Below the pieces are notes generated by a model, which was given only the letters and a program-made list of their open reading frames with translations, did not search any database and had not been told where the DNA came from. Both the position numbers and the translations under genes were made by a program. A stretch of 64,000 nucleotides of DNA. Source: a virus. Lineage: Duplodnaviria; Caudoviricetes. The stretch's first letter is position 1. Each line of letters opens with the position of its first letter. Where the stretch lies: IMG/VR virus record IMGVR_UViG_3300033067_002502, positions 32,001 through 96,000 of that record, one strand, 5' to 3'. Positions 17,918-26,431 of the stretch are shown here, piece after piece.

Positions 17918-19273
17918 ATGGCATTAACCGTTTTCCCAACAGTTAGAATTAATTCATCATCAACAGATACTGACACAACAGCTTCTGGTGCTGGTCCTAC
18001 TACCGCTATATTAGGAACCTGCGCAACCGTTACAAATTCTACAACTATTACTTTAAACAACAGTGGGGCTGTAAATCTTTCAACAATAACAGCTCAAGAC
18101 GGTTCTAATTTATTATGGGTTAGCGGTCTTGGATATAATAGAATAAGTACGTTTGATGACGCAACAGATACTGTTGTTGTTGAAACAGCAATGACTATTA
18201 CTGTTGGTACTGCGTGGGCTATCGGAGGGACTCTACCTAGTCTTAATGGAACTGAAGCTCGCAGACTTTTTGCAGCAACATCTGGTCCTTCAACAAATTT
18301 TGGAGCAACAGGGCAGTGGACTATTTCTTTACAATCAAATGATACAATCAGCACAACAATTACTTCTGCATTTACAACAGGAAACGGTTGGCTTGATTTA
18401 AAATCCAGTACACCTGGAACATTAAGAACTCTAACTCAAAGCGCAAGTGCTACTCATTTTACTCAAAATACAGTAAATAAATTTAGGTGTACTGATATAA
18501 ATTTTTTAAATTCCAATGCAACTCCTTTAGAAGCATTTACTATTTCAGCTAGCAATAATTTAGCTCTTATTCACTGTTTAGTTGGGAATTCTGCAGGAAC
18601 TAATTGTCCTAAAAGTGCAGTAATTAGAACAAATGGAACTCCTACTGTTTATTTAATAGATACTTGTGTATTAAGAACAACAAGTCACGGTTATACTGCT
18701 TTTTCCGTTCTTTATGCAAGTGGATCTGAAATTAGTAGAAGCGGAGGTAGTGGTATTACTGGAGTTGTAAGTAGTTCTACTCTTGTAAATTGTATAGTTT
18801 CTCATAATAGCGGAGATGGTCTTAATACATCAGGTATTCCTATTTTAATAAATAATACAATACACGGAAATACAGGAGATGGTGTTGAATTAACAACAGC
18901 AAATCAATCAGCTGCTGTTGTTCTTAATAATCAAATAACAAAAAATGGCGGCTGGGGAATAAATATGAGTAGTACTGTTCCTCATCATGGAATGGTTGAG
19001 TATAACAATTTTGGGAACGCTAGTGATTCTACAAACAATACTTCTGGAACTGCTAATAATTTTACACTTTCATCAACTAACACAACCGTATCTCCTCAGT
19101 ATGTAGACGCATCTAATACTGTTAGAAATTTTACAGTTGGATTTAATTGTACAGCAACAGGATTCCCTCCTTCAACTGCAACTCTTGCTGCAAACCAATC
19201 AGGTTCTACGACTTATATGGATCAAGGAGCTGTGCAAGGGAAGCACGGTACTCCTTCTTTTGCGTCGATGTAA
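17918..19273 (+). CDS. Right-handed beta-helix (pectin lyase-like) virion protein
   Basis: Repeats NCIVSHNSGDG, NNTIHGNTGDG and NNQITKNGGWG; Thr/Ser/Asn-rich. Confidence 0.7.
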   Translation: MALTVFPTVRINSSSTDTDTTASGAGPTTAILGTCATVTNSTTITLNNSGAVNLSTITAQDGSNLLWVSGLGYNRISTFDDATDTVVVETAMTITVGTAWAIGGTLPSLNGTEARRLFAATSGPSTNFGATGQWTISLQSNDTISTTITSAFTTGNGWLDLKSSTPGTLRTLTQSASATHFTQNTVNKFRCTDINFLNSNATPLEAFTISASNNLALIHCLVGNSAGTNCPKSAVIRTNGTPTVYLIDTCVLRTTSHGYTAFSVLYASGSEISRSGGSGITGVVSSSTLVNCIVSHNSGDGLNTSGIPILINNTIHGNTGDGVELTTANQSAAVVLNNQITKNGGWGINMSSTVPHHGMVEYNNFGNASDSTNNTSGTANNFTLSSTNTTVSPQYVDASNTVRNFTVGFNCTATGFPPSTATLAANQSGSTTYMDQGAVQGKHGTPSFASM

Positions 19274-19289
19274 TATAAAAGGAAAACAA

Positions 19290-20282
19290 ATGCCTAAGTC
19301 TTTAGCGATATCAATAAATTTAGGAACAGGTTATAGTGGATTGAGTTTATATGCTCAATTAATAAGAACTAACGGAGAAAATATTACAGAATTTCTTTCT
19401 GATGGTTTTTATGAAGTAGGAAACGGTTTTTATATATGGGAATATGCTCTTTTTCCTGATAATTTTAGAGGCGGAGTAAAATTCTATAACCAGTCTGATA
19501 CTTCTAAAGTTCTTATTTTTAAAGATATAACAACAGAAGAATCTGTAGGTTGTTGTTCTAACGAAGAGTGTAATGGAGAAGTTGGTAGCACTTTTGATAT
19601 TACTTATAGCGATCAACCGAATCTTAATTTTTATGCTTTATTATTTTCTGCTGAAGATTCAACAAAAGCCTGGAATCCTTCTACAAATACTTTTGAAACA
19701 TACTCTTTATCAACTCATTCTTCTTTTTCAATGACATTAGTACAAGATTCAAATCGTTTAGGTTGGTATTCTTATTCAATAATAGATATTAAAAATATTC
19801 CTTTTGTTATTGGAAATCAATATTATTTTATAGAAGTTTGGAAGAAAATTAATTCAACTCCAGATAGAACAACAGATATCAATACAGGAACACTTAGAGT
19901 TTGTTGGGGAAAGGAAATTGGAGATTGGATGGAAATAGCAAAAAATGTTTGGGAATATGGAACAAGAACGTTAACTGATTTCCAAGGAATAACTCCTAAA
20001 CAAATTTGGGAATACTCTACAAGAACTCTTACAGAAGGAGGCAGTTGTGATTATGCAGAACTTGAAAAGAGTATTTTGTCTGCAATTAAAATCTCAACAG
20101 GACTAACTCTTGCTGAATTAGAAAAAGTAAATAAAGAACTTGGAGATAGTATCAGTAAAACATTTTCTCTTTTACAAACGTGTTGTAGTTCTAGGGTTTC
20201 AATTCCTCCAAAAGTTCAAAATCCAAGGATAGGACAAAAGGGATCATCAAGCAGCGGTTCTAATATTAAATTTGGTCAATAA
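19290..20282 (+). CDS. Virion structural protein (start revised from 19137)
   Basis: The ATG at 19290 follows AAGGA and lies after the upstream stop. The N-terminal domain is paralogous to 29293. Tandem WEY.TRTLT motifs. Confidence 0.65.
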   Translation: MPKSLAISINLGTGYSGLSLYAQLIRTNGENITEFLSDGFYEVGNGFYIWEYALFPDNFRGGVKFYNQSDTSKVLIFKDITTEESVGCCSNEECNGEVGSTFDITYSDQPNLNFYALLFSAEDSTKAWNPSTNTFETYSLSTHSSFSMTLVQDSNRLGWYSYSIIDIKNIPFVIGNQYYFIEVWKKINSTPDRTTDINTGTLRVCWGKEIGDWMEIAKNVWEYGTRTLTDFQGITPKQIWEYSTRTLTEGGSCDYAELEKSILSAIKISTGLTLAELEKVNKELGDSISKTFSLLQTCCSSRVSIPPKVQNPRIGQKGSSSSGSNIKFGQ

Positions 20283-20298
20283 ATTTGGAAATGGAATA

Positions 20299-20940
20299 AT
20301 GGAAAAAGATAGTGTAAATTTTGTTTATAGAAATAAAAATATATCAATTAATATAATTGATAAAAAAGAATATATTGGTAATTATATCAATCATAATAAA
20401 AATTTTTATGAAATTGAGCTTTTAGAACAAATATATAGTTTAAACAAAAATCACAACACTATATTAGATATAGGATCTAATATAGGAAACCATGTTGTTT
20501 ATTTTGAAAATTTTATTTCATATAAAAAAATGTTTTGTTTTGAACCTCAAAAATTAAATTATGAAAAACTGTGTAGTAATATATACAGAAGCGATACTGT
20601 TGCTTTTAATGTAGCTTTGAGTGATAGCTTTGGAAAGGGAAGTCTTGTAAAAAAAGAAGAATTCAATAGTGGCACATATCAACTTGTTGGTGGAAAAGAA
20701 GTAGATGTTTTGCCTTTAGATTATTTTAATTTCAAAGATGTTACTTTGTTGAAAATTGACGTAGAAGGTCACGAGCTTAGAGTTCTAAATGGTGCTTTAA
20801 ATACAATAAAAACGTGTAAACCAATAATATACATGGAAGTTGCAGACGAAGAAGCTTCTGATTTATTAATAGAAATAGGATATAAAAAGGATTTTGTTTT
20901 TTGGTATGGTCCTTCCCCTACTTATCGTTTTGTTATTTAA
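20299..20940 (+). CDS. FkbM-family SAM methyltransferase (start revised)
   Basis: ILDIGSNIGNH, CFEP, NVALS and LLKIDVEGHE.RVL.GA. Confidence 0.9.
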   Translation: MEKDSVNFVYRNKNISINIIDKKEYIGNYINHNKNFYEIELLEQIYSLNKNHNTILDIGSNIGNHVVYFENFISYKKMFCFEPQKLNYEKLCSNIYRSDTVAFNVALSDSFGKGSLVKKEEFNSGTYQLVGGKEVDVLPLDYFNFKDVTLLKIDVEGHELRVLNGALNTIKTCKPIIYMEVADEEASDLLIEIGYKKDFVFWYGPSPTYRFVI

Positions 20941-20954
20941 GAAAGATTTATAAA

Positions 20955-23069
20955 ATGCAAGATATTGAAATAACAGTAGAGATAAGCACTAAAGACAGAT
21001 ATTTTACAACTCTCCCTATGTGCTTAGCAAGTATTGCTAATCAGACGTATAAGCCTAAAAAAATACTTATATTTGATGATGGAGAGCATAAAGACCTAAG
21101 ACAAGAGCCTATTTATATTAATTTATTTGCTTTGTATCAATCAAAAGGTATTGAATTTGAAGTTATTTTTGGTCAAAAAAAGGGGCAAGTTCATAATCAT
21201 CAAGCGGCTATTTATTTAGCAAAAACAGATTGGATTTGGAGGTGCTTTAGAGGTAATCAAAAAGTAGAAACGATTAATGGTTTAAAAAATATAAGAGATA
21301 TAGAAATTGGAGAGTTAGTAAAAACTCATAAAGGAAGATATAAAAAAGTTATAAGAACATATAAACAAGATTATGAGCCTAAAAAAGAATTGCTTTGGAT
21401 TTATACAAAAAATTCTGTTATAAAGTGTACCCCAGATCATCCTTTTTTAATCTTAAAAGATAATAAAAGAGTATGGACTAAAGCTTCTAATTTAAATGAA
21501 AGCTCTATTTTACTTTATCCTTGTTCTGATAAAAAAGATGAAATAAATTTTGACTGTTTTGGAAGAGGAGCAAAATACAATAAATTGCTACATTATTCTG
21601 GAAAAAACTTTAAAAATGAATATTTTGGCAAATTTAGTGTTGATGAAGATTTGGCTAGATTTTTTGGATTATATCTTGCCGAGGGCTGCGGAGGACATGA
21701 CTCTATTAGATTTACCTTTAATAATAAAGAAAAAGAATTTATTGATTTTATAATTAAAGTTTGTAAAGAAAAATTCAATAGAAATCCTACCGTTCATTCA
21801 AGATGGGCAACCTGTGTAAAATTAAATATACGAAGTTTTGCGAAAAAATTTACTGAATGGTTTGGAGATGATGCAACAAATAAAAAAGTACCTGATTTTG
21901 TTTTTGATTGGTCTTTAAAGAATAAATTGGCCTTTTTACAAGGATATCTTGATGGAGATGGATGGCAAAATCAAAAGATGTATCGCTTTGGAACTGCTAG
22001 TAAGGATTTATTTAATGGTATAAAAAAATTATGCATAGAAAGCGGATTAGACTGTACTGATGCTCACGAGACAGGTCCAAAAGAGACACAAAGTTTGGGT
22101 GTAAAAATAAAATCAAGCGGATGTCTTTCTGGAGCTATAAGTTCTATTGGTTATAGTAAAATGCAAGATATAATACAATCAAAGATTGTTGACAATTGTT
22201 GTATTATACCTATTAATAGGATTGAAAATAAAAAAATGCCAACAGTTAACTGGAAAGACGATCAGTATGTTTATAATCTTGAAGTTGAAGAGGATAATTC
22301 TTATATTGTAGGTCCGTGTATTTGTCATAATTGCGATGATGATGATTTTCCAGAACCTAATTGTCTTGAAGAAATGATTAAAAGCATAAATGAAGAAGTT
22401 GGGGCAATAGGGCCTCTTGTTTTAGATCCAAAAGAAAAAATAATGAATAGTGAAATATGTTCTAGTAAAATAGAGCATATTTATACTCATATGAACATTC
22501 AATGGTCTAATCTTAAAGAAATAAAAGAAGTAGATCATCTTAATAATACTTTTTTGTTTAGAAAAAAAGCAGCATTAGATGCCGGTGGGTATTGTTTAGA
22601 CTTAAGCCCTGTTGGTCACAGAGAAGAGACTTTATTTACATATCAAATTAAAAGAGATGGCTATAAAGTGCTAGTGAATCCAGGTGCTATTGTTTGGCAC
22701 TTAAGGAATCCAAGTGGAGGAATTAGATCTTATGAGCATTCTTTTTTTTGGGAACATGACGAAAAAGTATTTTTACAAAAATTAAGAGATTTTGGAGTAA
22801 AAATAGATAAATTAATTATCTTAAATTGCGGTCTTGGGGATCATTTTGCATTTAAAATGATATTACCTGAATTAAAAAATAGATACAATTTAACTTTATC
22901 TGTTTGCTATCCAGAAGTTTTTAAGAATGACGATGATTTAAATATTATTTCAATACAAGATGCTATGAAAATTGAAAAAAGCATAGACAACCATAGTGTT
23001 TATTTATTTATGATTAAAAATAATTGGAAAGGAACGATTGTTGACGCTTTTAGAAAGATGTTATTATGA
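20955..23069 (+). CDS. GT2-family glycosyltransferase with intein and a C-terminal GT9-like half domain (start revised)
   Basis: ISTKDR, LIFDDG, WIWR/CDDDD (DxD restored after splicing), HREET and VWHL. The C-terminal LNCGLGDH resembles the GT9 N-terminal motif. Confidence 0.85.
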   Translation: MQDIEITVEISTKDRYFTTLPMCLASIANQTYKPKKILIFDDGEHKDLRQEPIYINLFALYQSKGIEFEVIFGQKKGQVHNHQAAIYLAKTDWIWRCFRGNQKVETINGLKNIRDIEIGELVKTHKGRYKKVIRTYKQDYEPKKELLWIYTKNSVIKCTPDHPFLILKDNKRVWTKASNLNESSILLYPCSDKKDEINFDCFGRGAKYNKLLHYSGKNFKNEYFGKFSVDEDLARFFGLYLAEGCGGHDSIRFTFNNKEKEFIDFIIKVCKEKFNRNPTVHSRWATCVKLNIRSFAKKFTEWFGDDATNKKVPDFVFDWSLKNKLAFLQGYLDGDGWQNQKMYRFGTASKDLFNGIKKLCIESGLDCTDAHETGPKETQSLGVKIKSSGCLSGAISSIGYSKMQDIIQSKIVDNCCIIPINRIENKKMPTVNWKDDQYVYNLEVEEDNSYIVGPCICHNCDDDDFPEPNCLEEMIKSINEEVGAIGPLVLDPKEKIMNSEICSSKIEHIYTHMNIQWSNLKEIKEVDHLNNTFLFRKKAALDAGGYCLDLSPVGHREETLFTYQIKRDGYKVLVNPGAIVWHLRNPSGGIRSYEHSFFWEHDEKVFLQKLRDFGVKIDKLIILNCGLGDHFAFKMILPELKNRYNLTLSVCYPEVFKNDDDLNIISIQDAMKIEKSIDNHSVYLFMIKNNWKGTIVDAFRKMLL
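21243..22331 (+). mobile_element. Intein (363 aa) with LAGLIDADG endonuclease, in the GT2
   Basis: CFRGNQKVETING.K.I, CTPDHPF, FGLYLAEG, LQGYLDGDG and VYNLEVEEDNSY..CHN followed by +1 Cys. Confidence 0.93.
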
Positions 23070-23524
23070 AAAAAATATTAATTAGTCCTTATTCTAGAAA
23101 ACTTCGCAAAGAAGGTAAAAATCCTAAAAATTTCCCTTATTGGACTGATGTTGTTGCAAAACTAAGAGAAAGAGGTTTTTATATAATACAGATTGGTATA
23201 AAAGGAGAAGATCTTATTGGAGCTGATGAGGTAAAATTTGATTTACAATTAGAAAGTTTAAAAGAAGAATTAAATGATTGTTTTACTTGGATTAGTGTTG
23301 ATAATTTTTTTAATCATTTTGCAAGTTTTTACAGAAAGAAAGGAATTGTTATTTTTGGAAAATCTGATCCAAATATCTTTGGGTATGAAGAAAATATCAA
23401 TTTACTAAAAGATAGAAAATATCTTCGTTCAAATCAGTTTGATATATGGGAAAATGAAACTTATTCTGAAGAAGTTTTTATAAATACAGATGTTGTTATT
23501 GTTTCTGTAGAGTCTATTGTTTGA
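23066..23524 (+). CDS. GT9-like C-terminal Rossmann half domain
   Basis: ILISPY..KNFPYW..V, IIQIG, ISVDNFFNHFA and IVIFG; ATGA overlap with the GT2 gene. Confidence 0.7.
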   Translation: MKKILISPYSRKLRKEGKNPKNFPYWTDVVAKLRERGFYIIQIGIKGEDLIGADEVKFDLQLESLKEELNDCFTWISVDNFFNHFASFYRKKGIVIFGKSDPNIFGYEENINLLKDRKYLRSNQFDIWENETYSEEVFINTDVVIVSVESIV

Positions 23525-23528
23525 AACA

Positions 23529-23554
23529 AGGACTTATATATTAATTATAGTAAT
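23529..23554 (+). promoter_or_regulatory. Putative late promoter variant AGGACTT-N12-TAGTAAT
   Basis: Intergenic, with the same spacing as the 5087 and 33915 motifs. Confidence 0.35.
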
Positions 23555-23589
23555 AAATAACTAGGTTTATTAAAAAAGGGAGTTTTGCG

Positions 23590-25803
23590 ATGCCTGTTGG
23601 CATAAGAATTGTAGATCAGATTAGTCAGCTTTCTGACGTTTCTTTATCCAATTTGCAAAATAACAATATATTAGTATATAATTCTTCTTTAGGTAAATGG
23701 GTTAATTCTAATTTTGTTGGAGAATCTGGAATTTCAGGATATTCAGGAAGTGGTATTTCCGGATATTCTGGATTTAGCGGTATTTCTGGATATAGTGGAT
23801 ATTCAGGAATAAATATATCCATAAAAGGAACTGTTTTAAGTTACGAAGATCTTCCTACTATTTCTCAAAATGGAGATCTTTGGATTGTTCTTGATACTGG
23901 TGATGGGTTTGCTTCAGATGGTATTGGTGGATGGAATAGTGTTGGTCAAATGGGAGTAAGCGGCTATAGTGGATATTCAGGAAGCGGAATATCAGGTTAT
24001 TCTGGCTACTCAGGTTATAGTGGAGAAATTGGAACATCTGGATATTCTGGAATAAACGGAGATATTGGAATTTCTGGAATTTCAGGATATAGTGGATATT
24101 CAGGAAGTGGTATTTCAGGTTATTCTGGATTTAGCGGAATTTCAGGAAGTGGGATTTCTGGATATTCAGGTATTTCTGGTTTTAGTGGTATTTCCGGCTA
24201 TTCAGGTTTTAGTGGTATTTCTGGGTTTTCTGGATTTAGCGGTTATTCAGGAAGTGGTATTTCAGGATATTCAGGATATAGCGGTTATAGTGGAAGTGGT
24301 ATTTCTGGTTTTAGCGGATATTCAGGTATATCTGGTTATTCTGGAAGTAGTTTTTCTTTATTGGATTTAAATGCTTTAAATAACGTATTAAGTACAGGAT
24401 TGCTTGACGGAGGAGATATTAGTATAAATGGATCTGATAATACTAAGTTTGACGTAAGTTCTGGTTTTGGTATTATTGTTGACAATTACACAAACCCCTC
24501 TAGTCCAACAAGAATTTTAGTGCAATGGAATTCTTTTTCAGGTATAACAGATACATACATAGCAACAGCAGATACAACATATGTTGCTGTTGATTCTTCA
24601 GGTTCTGTTTTATTATTTAGTGAAACACTGACAGAATCTCAAAGAAGAGAATATGTTGCTATTGGGTGGCTAGATCATCCTGGTCATTCAATTATAGAAT
24701 ATTCTTATACAGAGCCATTTTATAATACAGACATACAAAGTCAATTAAATGACTTTTTAGAAGCTTTTGGTTCTTTTAATATAACAGGAAATGATTATAG
24801 CGCAAATTCGAATAATCTAACCGTATCAAGAAGCGCAGGAAGAACCTTTGATAATTCTGCGAATTATAAAAACGATAAAAGAAATCCAAATGTCGTAACT
24901 AATTCTATAGAATCTCCTATATCTTTTTCGTATTACTATCAAGACGGGAATGGATCTTGGATAACTGTTGGTTCTCAAACAAATATAGATCCAAATAATT
25001 ACGACGACGGAACTGGTATTTTAAATTCAGTTACTGCTGGAATGTTTACAATACAAACTCTTTTCTTTTATGCACCAACTGAATCTAACGATATTCAGTA
25101 TGGTCAGCAAGAATATGTTAGTTTATCTTCAGCTTTAAGTGCTTTAAAAGATCCTATAGCAATAGATCCATTTAATTCTTATGATACTTTTAGAGGGTGG
25201 CTTATTGTTAAGCAAGGGTGTTCGAATTTGTCAAATACTGCAGAGTCTCTTTTTGTTCCTGCTGGAAAACTTGGAATTGTTGATATTGCTTCTGGAGGAG
25301 GAATTGGAGGAGAAGTTAATACTTCGTCTAATGCAGGATTAACAGGAGTTGGGATATCTCTTCCTAAACAAGGTGTTGATCTTCCTTTTAAAAGTATTAC
25401 TGCTGGTAGTCCTAATATCACAGTAACTAATGATGCTATAAATAGCTCTATAATAATAGACGCATCTCCTGCTATTTCAGGTTATTCAGGTTTTAGTGGA
25501 ATTTCTGGTTTTAGCGGTATTTCAGGATATTCTGGATATAGTGGAGATAGAGGAGATGCAGGTGTTGGTCTTGATGGAGATTCTGGATATTCAGGTATTT
25601 CTGGTTTTAGCGGTATATCTGGGTTTTCAGGATATAGTGGTATTTCTGGATATTCTGGATATTCAGGAAGCGGTATTTCTGGATATAGTGGATATTCAGG
25701 AAGTGGTATTTCTGGTTATTCTGGATTTAGTGGTTATAGCGGGATTGCTGGAGGAGGAGGGGTCTCTTCTTCTTTTGTTATTGCTATGTCTATTGCTTTA
25801 TAG
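23590..25803 (+). CDS. Collagen-like (Gly-X-Ser) fibre protein with a central globular domain
   Basis: Three GXS repeat tracts flank globular regions; ends in FVIAMSIAL. Confidence 0.75.
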   Translation: MPVGIRIVDQISQLSDVSLSNLQNNNILVYNSSLGKWVNSNFVGESGISGYSGSGISGYSGFSGISGYSGYSGINISIKGTVLSYEDLPTISQNGDLWIVLDTGDGFASDGIGGWNSVGQMGVSGYSGYSGSGISGYSGYSGYSGEIGTSGYSGINGDIGISGISGYSGYSGSGISGYSGFSGISGSGISGYSGISGFSGISGYSGFSGISGFSGFSGYSGSGISGYSGYSGYSGSGISGFSGYSGISGYSGSSFSLLDLNALNNVLSTGLLDGGDISINGSDNTKFDVSSGFGIIVDNYTNPSSPTRILVQWNSFSGITDTYIATADTTYVAVDSSGSVLLFSETLTESQRREYVAIGWLDHPGHSIIEYSYTEPFYNTDIQSQLNDFLEAFGSFNITGNDYSANSNNLTVSRSAGRTFDNSANYKNDKRNPNVVTNSIESPISFSYYYQDGNGSWITVGSQTNIDPNNYDDGTGILNSVTAGMFTIQTLFFYAPTESNDIQYGQQEYVSLSSALSALKDPIAIDPFNSYDTFRGWLIVKQGCSNLSNTAESLFVPAGKLGIVDIASGGGIGGEVNTSSNAGLTGVGISLPKQGVDLPFKSITAGSPNITVTNDAINSSIIIDASPAISGYSGFSGISGFSGISGYSGYSGDRGDAGVGLDGDSGYSGISGFSGISGFSGYSGISGYSGYSGSGISGYSGYSGSGISGYSGFSGYSGIAGGGGVSSSFVIAMSIAL
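25537..25610 (+). repeat. 74-bp exact direct repeat, copy 2
   Basis: Identical to 16750-16823. Confidence 0.9.
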
Positions 25804-25813
25804 TGGAGTTTTT

Positions 25814-26413
25814 ATGAAAAGGTTATTAGGAACAGATATTGTTGGTAATTATTCTTTTAGTGCTTCTTCTAAGTCTATAACTCTTAGTGGAATTTCTTAT
25901 ACTATTTCTTTGTCAAATATTTTATTAATTACGAATGTTACTAAAAATACTATTATTTATAATTTTGCAGATTCAAGCAATGGAGCTGTTAGTTTTTCTA
26001 ATAATGTTTTAACTCTTGATTACGATACTACTGCTGCAATGAGCGATAGTGATATTCTTCAAATATATTTAGATCTTGAAAGTTATGAAGAAAGCCTTCA
26101 TGCTTTGTTGAGAAGAATGAATAAATTACTTGAAAGTAATGCAGTTGTCGATTCTTCTCTTAGGCAAAGAATTGCTGTAGAAGTGATGCCAACAACAGCT
26201 GTTACTCTTGCAGCAGCTCCAACAACAGCTGTTACAAATACTACAGGTTTTGGCACAACGTTTATTTCACAGACTCCAGCCCAAGGTATGTATTCTTTAT
26301 CTGTTCCAAACTTGTTAGGAATTTATGAAGGCCCTGTTGATCAAAGATGGAGAATAGTTGACTCAGCTAGAGCTTCTTATGGAACTATTAGATCGAATCT
26401 TATATTTAGTTAA
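25814..26413 (+). CDS. Virion structural protein (start revised from 25496)
   Basis: ATG after GGAG; YSF.AS.K.ITL..ILLITNVT.N.IIYNFAD..LTLDYDT resembles a phage fibre/baseplate domain. Confidence 0.7.
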   Translation: MKRLLGTDIVGNYSFSASSKSITLSGISYTISLSNILLITNVTKNTIIYNFADSSNGAVSFSNNVLTLDYDTTAAMSDSDILQIYLDLESYEESLHALLRRMNKLLESNAVVDSSLRQRIAVEVMPTTAVTLAAAPTTAVTNTTGFGTTFISQTPAQGMYSLSVPNLLGIYEGPVDQRWRIVDSARASYGTIRSNLIFS

Positions 26414-26431
26414 ATTTTTGGAGAATTATAA

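Noticed and set aside
16750-25610. 74-bp repeat pair as a diversity-generating retroelement TR/VR
   Set aside because: The copies are identical, with no adenine-specific mismatches, both are coding, and no reverse transcriptase lies in the window.
16586-25745. SGYSG nucleotide repeats as a CRISPR array
   Set aside because: They are 9-nt coding periodicity with synonymous variation, with no repeat-spacer structure and no cas genes.
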